64,000 nucleotides of DNA from Candidatus Roslinia caecavium (GTDB taxonomy: Bacteria; Bacillota; Clostridia; Monoglobales; Monoglobaceae), in contig CAJFTO010000009.1 of assembly GCA_904419955.1 (NCBI GenBank), positions 4,298-68,297 on the forward strand. Reading direction: 5' to 3'. The notes beneath the pieces were generated by a model that had not been told where the DNA came from, did not search any database, and saw only the letters and a program-made list of their open reading frames with translations. Below, one piece after another: positions 28,869 through 41,566 of this stretch. Numbering within the stretch: the stretch's first letter is position 1; every line of letters starts with the position of its first letter. The position numbers were made by a program, and so were the translations under genes.

Positions 28869-30695
28869 TTATTCAACCGTTACGGATTTAGCGAGATTTC
28901 TCGGTTTATCGATGTCGAGACCTTTCAGCGAAGCTACGTAATATGAGAACAGCTGAAGAGGAATAACGACTTCGCTCGGCATAGCCAGCTCGTCGATCTT
29001 AGGCACGTATATTACGTAATCGGCCTCTTGCTCGATCTCGGTGTGTCCTTCTTCGGCTACGGCTATGACGACCGCGCCTCTCGCCTTGACTTCTTTGATG
29101 TTGCTCAGCATCTTATCGAACAGTTTCTTGACGGTGCAGAGCGCCACGACGACGGTGCCGTCTTCGATAAGCGCGATAGTGCCGTGCTTTAATTCTCCGG
29201 CCGCGTACGCTTCCGAATGTATGTATGAGATCTCTTTGAGCTTGAGCGAACCCTCGAGCGCGACCGCATAGTCTAAGGTCCTTCCGAGGAAGAATACGCT
29301 TTTGCTGTTATAGTATCTTGAAGCGATATATTGTATCTCGCCTTCGTTGTCCAGTATCTTTTTGATATTGTCGGGAAGCTGCTGAAGAACGCGTATATAT
29401 TTTTCCATCTGTTCTTTTTCGATAAGCCCCAGTTGCTCGCCCATATACAGTGAAAGCAGATAAATCGCCGTGAGCTGAGTGCTGTACGCCTTTGTGGTAG
29501 CGACGGCGATCTCCGGACCCGCCCAGGTGTAGAGCACGTCGTCGGCTTCTCTCGCTATAGAGCTGCCAACCGCGTTTACGATAGCGAACGTTCTTGCGCC
29601 AAGTCTCTTAGCCTCGCGCATTGCGGCGATCGTATCCGCGGTCTCGCCGGACTGAGAGATAAGTATCACGAGCGTGTTTTCATCTACTATAGGATTGCAA
29701 TACCTGAATTCGGAAGCGACGGATACTTCGACCGGTATCCTGACCATTCCCTCTATAATATATTTGCCTACGACTCCGACGTGATACGCGCTTCCGCAGG
29801 CGACGATATAGATCTTCTTCATATCTCTTAGGTATGAAGCGGAAAGAGTAATATCGTCTAAAACTATTTTGCCGTCTTTTATCCTCGGATTTACCGTATC
29901 GGCGATAGCTCTGGGTTGCTCCATTATCTCTTTGAACATAAAATGTTCGTATCCGCCTTTTTCAGCGGCCGAAACGTCCCAGTCTACTGTGAAGACTTCC
30001 TTCTCAACTTCTTCTTTGTCGGTATTAAATATCTTAACGCCGTCTTTGTTTAGCATAACGATCTCGTCGTTTTCCAGGAAATACACGTTTTTGGTATGCT
30101 TGAGTATCGCCGGGATATCCGAAGCGATGAAGTTCTCGCCTTCGCCGAGTCCGACTACCAGCGGACTTTCTTTACGAACGGCGTAGAAAGATTCGGGATT
30201 ATCCGCGCATAAAATGCCGAGCGCGTAAGACCCCTCGACTTTATTTATCACCTTGATCAGAGTGTCGACGATATCCCCGGTGTAATAATATTCAACGAGA
30301 TGCGCGATGACCTCGGTGTCCGTTTCGGATATAAATTCAAACCCTTTTTTGGTCAAATAGTCTCTCAGTTTGAGGTAATTTTCGATTATCCCGTTATGTA
30401 CGACCGCAAAACGACCGGATCTGCTTAGATGCGGGTGCGAGTTTGTGTCCGACGGTTCGCCGTGGGTCGCCCAGCGCGTGTGACCTATTCCCATAACTCC
30501 GTCTATCGCGCGTCCGCCGTCAAGCAGTTCGTTTAAAACGGACAATCTGCCTTTCGCCTTTTTGACTTCGATACCATGTCCGGTCATGATCGCGACTCCG
30601 GCGGAGTCGTACCCTCTGTACTCAAGCTTGGACAATCCTTCGAGCAGGATCGGCGCCGCTTGCTTGCTTCCAACATAACCTACTATTCCACACAT
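28869..30695 (-). CDS. glmS: glutamine--fructose-6-phosphate aminotransferase
   Basis: The true start MCGIVGYVG is at 30695, with GGAGG 8 nt upstream. Two SIS domains. Canonical C-terminal KSVTVE. Confidence 0.95.
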   Translation of the reverse strand: MCGIVGYVGSKQAAPILLEGLSKLEYRGYDSAGVAIMTGHGIEVKKAKGRLSVLNELLDGGRAIDGVMGIGHTRWATHGEPSDTNSHPHLSRSGRFAVVHNGIIENYLKLRDYLTKKGFEFISETDTEVIAHLVEYYYTGDIVDTLIKVINKVEGSYALGILCADNPESFYAVRKESPLVVGLGEGENFIASDIPAILKHTKNVYFLENDEIVMLNKDGVKIFNTDKEEVEKEVFTVDWDVSAAEKGGYEHFMFKEIMEQPRAIADTVNPRIKDGKIVLDDITLSASYLRDMKKIYIVACGSAYHVGVVGKYIIEGMVRIPVEVSVASEFRYCNPIVDENTLVILISQSGETADTIAAMREAKRLGARTFAIVNAVGSSIAREADDVLYTWAGPEIAVATTKAYSTQLTAIYLLSLYMGEQLGLIEKEQMEKYIRVLQQLPDNIKKILDNEGEIQYIASRYYNSKSVFFLGRTLDYAVALEGSLKLKEISYIHSEAYAAGELKHGTIALIEDGTVVVALCTVKKLFDKMLSNIKEVKARGAVVIAVAEEGHTEIEQEADYVIYVPKIDELAMPSEVVIPLQLFSYYVASLKGLDIDKPRNLAKSVTVE

Positions 30696-30712
30696 AGTCA
30701 GTATACCTCCAT

Positions 30713-31966
30713 TTAATCCGGTTCGTAGAATGAACCTGAGTGCTTTGTATGATACCAATTTTTATTATTATGCCTAAAAAAGCCTATTATGCCAATCGGT
30801 ATCCAACTCAATATATATAATATAAAGCCGAATAAATTTGCAAATGTCAATTTATTCATTTTTTTATCAATTATCAATCCGAATATTACTATAAGCAAGT
30901 TCCCGAACAGATACAAGTTCAAAGTAAAGGAACTTATCGGATTCGTCCACAGCTCGCAGCACGAGACGTTTACGCCGCTTATATTCGAGATAGCCGCAAG
31001 CAGACCGATTATCATGAAAAACATGTAACAGATCAAACTAAGCGGCTCGGCGTATAAATTCAGCCAAGCGCATATTTTACGCTTTTTCAGCAGTTTAAAT
31101 CCATATCTCCCCTGAACGTCTACGATACCCTTGCACCATCTAAGCCGCTGCATAACGGAGCTTTTGAAGCGCGCGGGTTTTTCGTCGTATACGACCGCGT
31201 ATTTAGCGTAATCAATTTTTATCCCGCTGAGGTTAAGCAGAACCGTATATTCCAAATCCTCGGCGAGACTTTCGCAAGTCCACGGTACGGCGTCTAAAAC
31301 TTCTTTTTTTAAGGCGAAACCCGTTCCGCTCAGTTTGCAGCCGAGTCCTAAGTTGTGATAAGCCGTTTGCCGAACCCTGTTCTCTATCCAATGCCACATA
31401 GAATACGCCGCGGAAAGCCAGTTCTCATAGGGATTTTTGCTGTCGACATATCCCTGTACCACCTCGCTTCCCGAGCGAAACGCCTCGTTCAGTTCGTTTA
31501 AGAAATTAACGTCGATTATATTATCTGCGTCTATTACGACGTAGCAATCGTAATCGTTTTTTTCTTTTTGCAAATATTCAAACGCATAGCTCAGCGCGTG
31601 ATTTTTGCCAATGTTTTCGCTATCGAATCTTTCAACGACAAAGGCGCCGTGCTTTCTTGCAATTTCGGCGGCGCCGTCGCTGCAGTTGTCGGCTATTACG
31701 TATACGCGGTACAGCTCCTTAGGATATTCGGATCTATAGATCGAGCGCAGCAGACCCGGCAGGACCTTCGCCTCGTTGTGAGCCGGTACGATTATCGCGA
31801 ACTTGTTTTTAACGCTATAATCGACGTTCGCGAATTCGCGCCTTTTTTTGACCGGAGCTCCGAAAAATGAGAACAGCCCAACGAGCGTATAGTATACGCC
31901 TATGAAAAAGAGTAAAAGCTCAAAGACGTCTATCGTCGCTTTTAAATATTCCTGCAAAAGCCTCAC
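30713..31966 (-). CDS. membrane-embedded processive family-2 glycosyltransferase (PgaC/IcaA-like)
   Basis: 417 aa with an N-terminal TM and C-terminal TM bundle. Motifs IIVPAHNE, VIDADN, GTGFAL and QRLRWCKG (Q-x-x-RW). The start may be TTG 31957. The stop lies 17 nt before the glmS ATG. Confidence 0.75.
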   Translation of the reverse strand: MRLLQEYLKATIDVFELLLFFIGVYYTLVGLFSFFGAPVKKRREFANVDYSVKNKFAIIVPAHNEAKVLPGLLRSIYRSEYPKELYRVYVIADNCSDGAAEIARKHGAFVVERFDSENIGKNHALSYAFEYLQKEKNDYDCYVVIDADNIIDVNFLNELNEAFRSGSEVVQGYVDSKNPYENWLSAAYSMWHWIENRVRQTAYHNLGLGCKLSGTGFALKKEVLDAVPWTCESLAEDLEYTVLLNLSGIKIDYAKYAVVYDEKPARFKSSVMQRLRWCKGIVDVQGRYGFKLLKKRKICAWLNLYAEPLSLICYMFFMIIGLLAAISNISGVNVSCCELWTNPISSFTLNLYLFGNLLIVIFGLIIDKKMNKLTFANLFGFILYILSWIPIGIIGFFRHNNKNWYHTKHSGSFYEPD

Positions 31967-32487
31967 TCCTCTACATTTCTATCTATTATATACTATCTGA
32001 AAGAATTTTTCAAGTAATTTTAATTTTATTGCAGACGTTTACCTGACAATTAGATATATCGTCTTATACAAAAAGCCGGACCGCATAGATTTTTGTTATA
32101 TATATCCCCTGCTTTTATAAACTGTATAATAAATTTTCTCGAATCAATCATTAGAATTGAATAAACTTTTGGCTATTTTAAATAATTTTTATAGCTTTTG
32201 TAACAAAAAAATATGGACAAATGAATTTTGTATTGATATAATATATATTAGCGGGATATGTGGAATTATTCAAAAGACGCAATAATTTTTATTTATGCCG
32301 TTTGATTCTTGTAAATTAACATTTTTGGCGTCGAATATTCCGCCTTTTTATTTTAAAGGGTCAGGATTATTTCGATTCTTTAAAATAACATTATTCGATC
32401 ATAAATTACGCTGAGGGGCCGTCGGACGGCTTCTTTGGAAAAAACAACGGTTGTATTGCAGAGGTTATAAGGAGTAAGTTAGATATA

Positions 32488-33852
32488 ATGAAAACGAAAA
32501 AAGTGTTCGTATGTACCGAGTGCGGGAACGAATTTCCCAAATGGATGGGAAGATGCACCGCTTGCGGCGCTTGGAACAGCGTCGTCGAGGAAACAAAGAC
32601 CATAATTCCGAAATCGTCTTCGTCTTCGCATGCGACGGCGGCGGGGAGTTTGACTAAGCCGAAACGGCTTTCGGAGCTGTCTTCAAACGACGAGGAGAGG
32701 ATCAAGACCGGAATAGAGGAGTTCGACAGAGTACTCGGCGGCGGGATCGTGCCGGGTTCGCTGATACTGCTCGGCGGCGATCCGGGTATAGGAAAATCCA
32801 CTATTTTACTCCAGATGTGCGAATGTTTGGGGAAAAATTCGGAAATACTATATGTATCCGGCGAGGAGTCGCAGCGTCAGATAAAGCTCAGAGCGGACAG
32901 GCTCGGCGTTACCACCGATAAATTGAAGGTGTTTTCAAGTACGAATATGGCGGATATATTGGAATGCCTGAACCGCGAGAAGCCGGACTTGTTGATAGTC
33001 GATTCGGTACAGACGGTGTATAATCCAAGCATAGATTCGGCTCCGGGTTCGGTCTCGCAGATCAGAGATATAACGGTAACGCTTATGAGGATCGCAAAAG
33101 AAAGCTCTATACCGATCTTCCTTGTAGGACACGTTACAAAGGAAGGTTCGATAGCGGGTCCTAAGATCTTGGAGCATATGGTCGACTGCGTGCTGTACTT
33201 TGAAGGCGAACAACACCGTTCGTACAGGATCATACGCTCGGTAAAAAACAGGTTCGGTTCGACGAACGAGATAGGCGTGTTTGAGATGACCGGCTCGGGG
33301 CTTCAGGAAATAAAGAATCCGTCGATGGCGATGCTGTCGGGACGTCCGAAGAACACTCCGGGATCCTGTATCGTATGCGCTATGGAAGGCAGCCGCCCTA
33401 TGCTCGCCGAGATACAGGCGCTTGCGACGCCGACCGTTTTCGGAAATCCGAGACGGATGACGAGCGGTCTCGATCTTAGCCGTACGATAATGCTGCTCGC
33501 GGTGCTTGAAAAACGCGCGGGACTGCGGATATCGACCTACGATACATATGTAAACGCGGTCGGCGGGATAAAGATAACGGAACCGGCGCTCGACGCGGGC
33601 ATAATACTCGCGATAGCGTCCGCCTATAGAAATTCCGCGATCGACGATGGAATAGTCGCTATAGGCGAGGTCGGGCTTACCGGAGAACTTCGCTCGTGTA
33701 ATTTTGTGGAGAACAGAATACGCGAGGCGGAGAAGCTCGGCTTTACCAAATGCATAATCCCGGCGTCCAACAGTAAAAACCTAAGCAAATTTAATAATAT
33801 TGAAGTTTGCCCGTACTTCAATATCCTACAAATATTAAACGACGTTTTGTAA
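32488..33852 (+). CDS. radA: DNA repair protein RadA/Sms
   Basis: N-terminal zinc finger CTECGNEFPKWMGRCTACGAWNS, Walker A GGDPGIGKST, KNRFG motif and a Lon-like C-terminal domain. Confidence 0.95.
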   Translation: MKTKKVFVCTECGNEFPKWMGRCTACGAWNSVVEETKTIIPKSSSSSHATAAGSLTKPKRLSELSSNDEERIKTGIEEFDRVLGGGIVPGSLILLGGDPGIGKSTILLQMCECLGKNSEILYVSGEESQRQIKLRADRLGVTTDKLKVFSSTNMADILECLNREKPDLLIVDSVQTVYNPSIDSAPGSVSQIRDITVTLMRIAKESSIPIFLVGHVTKEGSIAGPKILEHMVDCVLYFEGEQHRSYRIIRSVKNRFGSTNEIGVFEMTGSGLQEIKNPSMAMLSGRPKNTPGSCIVCAMEGSRPMLAEIQALATPTVFGNPRRMTSGLDLSRTIMLLAVLEKRAGLRISTYDTYVNAVGGIKITEPALDAGIILAIASAYRNSAIDDGIVAIGEVGLTGELRSCNFVENRIREAEKLGFTKCIIPASNSKNLSKFNNIEVCPYFNILQILNDVL

Positions 33853-34069
33853 GCGTTTCTTAAAATCAACGTTTAAAACCGATCGAAGAAGAGGGACGGC
33901 TCAAAACGGCGCGCCGACGCAAATCGGAGCGCGCAGACTACGGCGGTTTAATTTTCGAGGTTTGTTTTTAGCGCCGGTTTGCGGACGCTTACGGACGTTA
34001 AATTGTACGGCGGAGCCGAGGGGCTTTAAGCTCGGAATCGCTTCGCGTATAAAGAAGGAGATAATGAAA

Positions 34070-34540
34070 ATGTTTGAAATAGGTGACAAAGTCGCCTACC
34101 CAATGCACGGGGCAGGCATAATCGAGGGGGTCGAAAATAAACGGATATTAGGTCAGGAACATAAGTATTTTATATTAAAGCTTACTGTTGGAAACATCAA
34201 GGTCATGCTTCCCATATCCAACGTGGACGAGATCGGAATCAGATATATTGTGACTCCGGACGAAGCCGACAAGGTAATTTCCGGTTTCAAAAATTGCAGC
34301 AATGAAGGAGACAACAATTGGAATAAGCGGTATAAGGATAATATAAGCAGGCTTAAAGACGGTAAACTTTCGGACGTGGCGTTTGTGGCTAAAAGCCTCT
34401 TCCTGCGCGATAAGAAGAAGAGTCTTTCAAACGCGGAGAGGAAGATGTACAATAACGCCAAGAACATACTTATATCGGAGTTGGTTCTGTCGAAGAATTC
34501 TTCCTATGAAGATATCGAGAGGCTTCTCGATATAAGTTAA
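34070..34540 (+). CDS. CarD/CdnL-family RNA polymerase-binding regulator
   Basis: ATG 34070 (MFEIGDKVAYPMHGAGIIEG) has GAAGGAG 9 nt upstream. The ORF track starts further upstream at 33962. Confidence 0.8.
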   Translation: MFEIGDKVAYPMHGAGIIEGVENKRILGQEHKYFILKLTVGNIKVMLPISNVDEIGIRYIVTPDEADKVISGFKNCSNEGDNNWNKRYKDNISRLKDGKLSDVAFVAKSLFLRDKKKSLSNAERKMYNNAKNILISELVLSKNSSYEDIERLLDIS

Positions 34541-34648
34541 AGATAAATTCTATATCTGAAAAATGAGAAAATTTACGGGCAAAAATACGGTTCATTAGCG
34601 GGAATTTTTATTTAAAATTCTTTGCTTTTGGACATGTTTGATTTGAAA

Positions 34649-34677
34649 GGATGAGCTGCGCTCGTCCCTTATTTTTA
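34649..34677 (+). terminator. terminator after carD-like gene
   Basis: ggatgagc-tgc-gctcgtcc hairpin followed by cttattttt. Confidence 0.6.
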
Positions 34678-34710
34678 TTAGATGAAAACTAAGACGCAAA
34701 GAGGCATGTT

Positions 34711-35163
34711 ATGAGATACGAATATACCGACGGAAAAAATGCGGACTTTATCGCCTTGTGCGGCGAACTGGACGACTATTTAAACAGACTTGTCGGCGGA
34801 GAAGAAAATCGCAGGGAATACGTCCAATACAACAAAACCGACGATATCGATAACGCGATAGTAGCATACGACGGAGACGTTCCGGCGGGCGGAGCGGCGT
34901 TTAAGCGTTACGACTCGAAGCGCGCAGAGGTGAAGAGGGTATTCGTCAGACGCGAGTACAGAGAAAGAGGGACAGCGCTTAAGCTTATGACTCTGCTGGA
35001 GAAGAGCGCTAAGTCGGAGGGATACGATTATTTGATCCTCGAGACGGGCGAACCGCTCGTCGAGGCGATGCGATTGTATAAAAAGATAGGTTTTGAAATA
35101 ATAGATAATTACGGACAGTACAAAGACATGCCGGATTCGGTATGCATGATGAAAAAATTATAA
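34711..35163 (+). CDS. GNAT-family N-acetyltransferase
   Basis: 150 aa. Acetyl-CoA binding stretch VFVRREYRERGTALKLM. Confidence 0.75.
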   Translation: MRYEYTDGKNADFIALCGELDDYLNRLVGGEENRREYVQYNKTDDIDNAIVAYDGDVPAGGAAFKRYDSKRAEVKRVFVRREYRERGTALKLMTLLEKSAKSEGYDYLILETGEPLVEAMRLYKKIGFEIIDNYGQYKDMPDSVCMMKKL

Positions 35164-35225
35164 ATATAAATTATCTGAACCGATAGACTGGTTTAAGTTT
35201 GCCGGTTCGATACAGGAGAGAAGAT

Positions 35226-35900
35226 ATGAATACAGCGTTGATAGTCGCCGCTGGGAGCGGTTCGAGAATGAAGAGCGACAAGAATAAACAGTTGATCGAG
35301 ATAAAAGGGATCCCGGTTATCATAAGGACTCTTTTGACGTTCGAGAACAACGCGTATATCGACAATATAATAACGGTCGTAAGATCGGAGAATATAGACG
35401 TTTTTAAGTCGCTTATTGAAGAATATGGGATAAAAAAAGTTTCAGACGTGGTTCCGGGCGGAGACAGCCGGAGGGAGTCGGTAGCCTGCGGGCTTGAGCT
35501 GGTCGGCGACGAGGACAACGTCCTTATCCACGACGGAGCGCGTCCGCTTATCAGCGACGAGACGATCTCAAAGATCATAGAAGCGCTCGAGCATAACCGC
35601 GCCGCGGCGTGCGGAGTCAGAGTCAAGGACACCATAAAAGTTGTCGATCCGGATAACGTTATAGTCAGTACTCCCGACAGAGATAAGCTGATCGCGATAC
35701 AGACGCCCCAGGCGTTTAGGGCGGCGGATATAAAAAGACTGCACGCCAAGGCTCGGCGCGATAAGATTAAAGTCACGGACGACTGCGCTCTCGCCGAGGC
35801 GAACGGGATAAAGGTAAAGGTCATAACAGGCGATTACAGAAATATCAAGATAACCACGCCTGAGGATATTAGATTAGCGGAGGCGTATTTATGCGAATAG
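35226..35900 (+). CDS. ispD: 2-C-methyl-D-erythritol 4-phosphate cytidylyltransferase
   Basis: ATG 35226 ([15 protein letters not shown]) follows CAGGAGAG. Overlaps ispF by 10 nt. Confidence 0.9.
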   Translation: MNTALIVAAGSGSRMKSDKNKQLIEIKGIPVIIRTLLTFENNAYIDNIITVVRSENIDVFKSLIEEYGIKKVSDVVPGGDSRRESVACGLELVGDEDNVLIHDGARPLISDETISKIIEALEHNRAAACGVRVKDTIKVVDPDNVIVSTPDRDKLIAIQTPQAFRAADIKRLHAKARRDKIKVTDDCALAEANGIKVKVITGDYRNIKITTPEDIRLAEAYLCE

Positions 35901-36361
35901 GTTTTGGTTACGACGTACATAAACTGGTAGAGGACAGAGCTTTGATATTGGGCGGCGTGAAGATAGAATACGAATACGGACTGCTCGGCCATTCGGACGC
36001 CGACGTTCTCGTACACGCGGTCATGGACGCGCTCCTAGGAGCCGCCGCGCTCGGAGATATAGGAAAGCATTTCCCGGATACAGACGAGAAGTACCGCGGC
36101 GCGGACAGCCTCGAGCTGCTCGCTCATACGAGAGATATGCTCTTAGAGGCGGGGTATAAGGTCGGAAATATCGACGCGGTGGTCGCGGCGCAAAGCCCAA
36201 AACTGGCGCCGTATATAGAACAAATGCGAAAAAATATATCCGAGCGTTTACAAATAGATATAGGCCGCGTGAACATAAAGGCCACTACGACCGAAAAGCT
36301 CGGCTTCGAAGGCCGCCGCGAGGGGATCTCTTCATACGCGGTCTGCCTCTTGGAAGAATAA
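35891..36361 (+). CDS. ispF: 2-C-methyl-D-erythritol 2,4-cyclodiphosphate synthase
   Basis: [23 protein letters not shown].. Confidence 0.95.
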   Translation: MRIGFGYDVHKLVEDRALILGGVKIEYEYGLLGHSDADVLVHAVMDALLGAAALGDIGKHFPDTDEKYRGADSLELLAHTRDMLLEAGYKVGNIDAVVAAQSPKLAPYIEQMRKNISERLQIDIGRVNIKATTTEKLGFEGRREGISSYAVCLLEE

Positions 36362-36375
36362 TACAATATTTGAGA

Positions 36376-36432
36376 GTTACTTTTATTATGCGGCGGCTTA
36401 AGAGCGTCCGAATAAAAGTAACTTATTTTTTT
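36376..36432 (+). terminator. terminator after ispF
   Basis: 12-bp stem gttacttttatt / aataaaagtaac followed by ttattttttt. Confidence 0.7.
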
Positions 36433-36586
36433 GAAAACGGTTTTGGGGATTATTAAGCCGAGTTCTCGCGCATAATTATATTATTGGTAAAACGGCTAAA
36501 TATAAGTAATTACAAGAGATTTAATAAAAAATAAAGAAAATGGCAAAAATAGGTATATAATCGATTCTAATCGGAGATAATCATGT

Positions 36587-36615
36587 TTGATTTTAGCGTT
36601 TTAATTTAGTATTAT
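36587..36615 (+). promoter_or_regulatory. sigma-A promoter candidate for groES-groEL
   Basis: TTGATT, 17-nt spacer, TATTAT, ending 7 nt before the CIRCE element. Confidence 0.5.
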
Positions 36616-36622
36616 AAAATCG

Positions 36623-36649
36623 TTAGCGCTCAAAAGGTATGAGCGCTAA
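36623..36649 (+). promoter_or_regulatory. CIRCE operator (HrcA binding site)
   Basis: TTAGCGCTC-N9-GAGCGCTAA is a perfect inverted repeat. It is one base per arm away from the canonical TTAGCACTC-N9-GAGTGCTAA. Confidence 0.85.
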
Positions 36650-36666
36650 TAAATTGAACTCGTTAA

Positions 36667-36972
<306 letters not shown>

Positions 36973-37016
36973 TAGTTCGGCTTACGGATACGGAATTTAA
37001 ATAAATTTGATTGTAA

Positions 37017-38681
<1,665 letters not shown>

Positions 38682-38719
38682 TAGATTAGTTCTCCGTTTG
38701 ATTTATAATTTGATATTTG

Positions 38720-38753
38720 ACCGCAGACTCGGTTTTTTCGGGTTTGCGGTTTT
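38720..38753 (+). terminator. terminator after groEL
   Basis: Long imperfect hairpin accgcagactcgg / cgggtttgcggt followed by ttt. Confidence 0.65.
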
Positions 38754-38887
38754 AGTTTGTCCGGAGACTGCGACTGCGAGTAATAATAGCTCAAAAAAAT
38801 ATTTTTCACATTACATATATACGTTGACCTGCGCGGGATAAAATGATATAATAAATCAAACTTTTTTTGATATAAGGAGGTAAATCA

Positions 38888-41248
38888 ATGAGGTTGAAGA
38901 GATTTATTTGCGCGTCGGTTTCGGCGTTGGTGGCGGTATGTTCTCTGCCGTCTGTAGCCGTATTGGCCGACGACGGTTACGCCACGAGAGGCGAAGTTCT
39001 ACAAGCGCTTATGACGGCGGCTGACGATTATAATCCGAACGTCCGGGAGAGCGATATAATGCACGGCGACGAGAACGGTTTAAGGGAAGACGAACCAGTA
39101 ACCAGAGCCGAGGCGCTTATCATGCTTGGCCGAGCATTCGGAGGTTTTCCGGAGCTGACGGGAAATAATCTGCGCCTTGCGATACCCCGAGAAGATTTTA
39201 CGGATATTCCGGAGTGGGCGGAGGCGGAGCTTGATCCTGTATTCGACGCGGGTATTGTAGCCGGTACCGGCGAAGGAACGTTTTCTCCGGACAGAAACGT
39301 CACGACCGAGGAGATGCGGACGTTTATAAACCGCGTGTTCACGCTCTACGGCTCGAATCCCAAGGACAGCTTTTACAGCTCGGTCAACAAAGCCGAACTC
39401 GACTCTCTTCAGATCGAGGACGGACTTGCGGAAAATGGAACTATAGCGCAGGTGATCGAGAACACTTCGGAGCAGGTAAAGGAAATAATAACAGAGGCGG
39501 CGGAAGGTACGCCGGAGAGCGGTTCGCCGCAGGAAAAAATAAAAGTTTTATACGATAACATAATGGATATGGACGCGAGGAACGCCGCCGGATACGAACC
39601 TATCAGGGACGATCTGGAAGCCGTCGGCGCGGCTCAGTCGATAGCCGATCTCAATGAAATATCCGTATTGGAGGATTCCAGGTCGGCCGTCTCGACGCTT
39701 ATTTCGTTTTCGCCGACGATCGATCCAATGGACAGCAGCTCGTATATGAGCTCTTTCTCAGTAGCGTCTCCGTCTTTGAATAAGCAGGTATACGACGGCG
39801 AAGTGGAATATCAGAAAGCGGCGTACTTGAAATATATAACGACTTTACTTACGCTTTGCGGAGAAGATCGGGCGAAAGCCGAGGCGGACGCAAACGAGTA
39901 TTTCGAGTTCGAAAAGCGGATATCCGACGCCTCTTTGACCGTAGCGGAGCAGTACGATATAGAGAATACTTATAACATTTATACGTTGGAGGAATTGAAG
40001 GCTCTGTTCCCGTCCTGCGATCTGGACGCGCTCTATGAGGCGGCCGGACTTATCGATCAGGACGAGATTCTCGTAAGCGACGTCGGTCAGATGGAAGAGG
40101 TCGCGTCGTTGCTCAGCGACGATAATATAGAGAGCGTTAAAAATTACATTAAGATCTCATTGATAGGAAGCTGCGCGTCGATGTTTGGAGAGGAGTTTAT
40201 AGACGCCGGAAATACCTATCAGCAGGAGATGATGGGAACTACCGGAACGACGTCTCTTGAAGACGTCGCTTCAAGCACGGTATCGAACGTTTTGGCAGAT
40301 TACGTAGGTCAGGCCTATGCGGAAAGATATTGCACGGATGAGATCGTAGAAGACGTTACCGGTATGATCGACGACGTTATAGAGGTGTACAGAGAAAGGA
40401 TAAGCGAACTTGACTGGATGAGCGATACAACGAAGGAAAAGGCTTTGCTCAAATTAGATACAATGATAGTAAACGTCGGCGCTCCGGATTACGACGACTA
40501 TGAGTTTACTCTTGAAACGGCGGATCTGAGGAGCGCGGAAGACGGCGGAAGCTACTACCAGAATATGATCGAGATATCTAAGGCGAACAAGGATTATACG
40601 ACGGAGTTTGCCGGAACCGAGATCGACAGAACCCAATGGATAACCACGCCGCAGACGGTAAACGCGTTTTATATGCCGTCTTTCAACTCGATCAACTTCC
40701 CTGTGGCGTTTCTCCAGGAGCCGATATACGATATCGACGGGTCGTATGAAGAGCGGCTCGGCACGATCGGCTTTGTTGTAGGCCACGAGATAACCCACGC
40801 GTTTGACAGCTCGGGATCGCAGTACGACGAGAACGGCAACGCGGTCAATTGGTGGACCGAAGAAGACGCGGCGGCTTTCGACAGTCTTTGCCAAGACGTT
40901 GTGGAATATTACGACGGCCTTGAATCGGCGCCCGGGATCGTTATCGATTCGGAGCAGACGCTGACCGAAAATATCGCCGACTTAGGCGCTATGTCCTGTA
41001 TAACCGAGATCGGCTCGAAGCACGAGGATTTTGACTTTAAAGCCATGTACGAGAGTTATTCCACTCTGTGGTTGTCGGTCGCTACAAGAGAATATACGCA
41101 GGCGCTTGTATATATGGACGTTCACAGCCCCAATAATGTGCGCACCGACAGAGTTTTGCAAAGCGTCGATAAATTCTACGAGGTCTACGATATACAGCCC
41201 GGAGACGGAATGTACGTAGCTCCTGAAGACAGGGCGAGGATCTGGTAA
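38888..41248 (+). CDS. M13-family zinc metallopeptidase (PepO-like) with signal peptide and N-terminal SLH region
   Basis: 786 aa. HEXXH in VVGHEITHAFD and ENIADLGA downstream. The N-terminus has SLH-like repeats (ATRGEVLQAL.., FTDIPEWAEAELDPVFDAGIVAGTGEGTFSPD). Confidence 0.85.
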   Translation: MRLKRFICASVSALVAVCSLPSVAVLADDGYATRGEVLQALMTAADDYNPNVRESDIMHGDENGLREDEPVTRAEALIMLGRAFGGFPELTGNNLRLAIPREDFTDIPEWAEAELDPVFDAGIVAGTGEGTFSPDRNVTTEEMRTFINRVFTLYGSNPKDSFYSSVNKAELDSLQIEDGLAENGTIAQVIENTSEQVKEIITEAAEGTPESGSPQEKIKVLYDNIMDMDARNAAGYEPIRDDLEAVGAAQSIADLNEISVLEDSRSAVSTLISFSPTIDPMDSSSYMSSFSVASPSLNKQVYDGEVEYQKAAYLKYITTLLTLCGEDRAKAEADANEYFEFEKRISDASLTVAEQYDIENTYNIYTLEELKALFPSCDLDALYEAAGLIDQDEILVSDVGQMEEVASLLSDDNIESVKNYIKISLIGSCASMFGEEFIDAGNTYQQEMMGTTGTTSLEDVASSTVSNVLADYVGQAYAERYCTDEIVEDVTGMIDDVIEVYRERISELDWMSDTTKEKALLKLDTMIVNVGAPDYDDYEFTLETADLRSAEDGGSYYQNMIEISKANKDYTTEFAGTEIDRTQWITTPQTVNAFYMPSFNSINFPVAFLQEPIYDIDGSYEERLGTIGFVVGHEITHAFDSSGSQYDENGNAVNWWTEEDAAAFDSLCQDVVEYYDGLESAPGIVIDSEQTLTENIADLGAMSCITEIGSKHEDFDFKAMYESYSTLWLSVATREYTQALVYMDVHSPNNVRTDRVLQSVDKFYEVYDIQPGDGMYVAPEDRARIW

Positions 41249-41566
41249 GATCGGCGTTATTTGTGTGAAATATTAAAAATGATCTAATTCGACCGTTGCC
41301 GTTTAACGCGGCGGCGGTCTTTGATGTTTTAAAATAGTTAGATCCGACGCGCTATGAAAAACCTGCTCAATACTATATCGATATTGTGGATTTTGAATAA
41401 AACAACCAATTTGGATAATTCTTTTCTTTAAATAATGTCAATTTTTTCGCCTTAAATCTGCAATGAAGTATTGCTTTTTATCGATTTATGTAATACAATA
41501 TATAAGTATTTTTATTTGTAAAATTATTTGAAGCTAAAATTTTAATAAATACGGAGGCGGTCAAAG

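Noticed and set aside
30696-32487. Looked for a glmS ribozyme upstream of glmS or of the GT2-glmS pair.
   Set aside because: Only 17 nt separate GT2 and glmS. The upstream intergenic region is AT-rich, with nothing resembling the conserved GC-rich ribozyme core. A covariance-model search is still needed for certainty.
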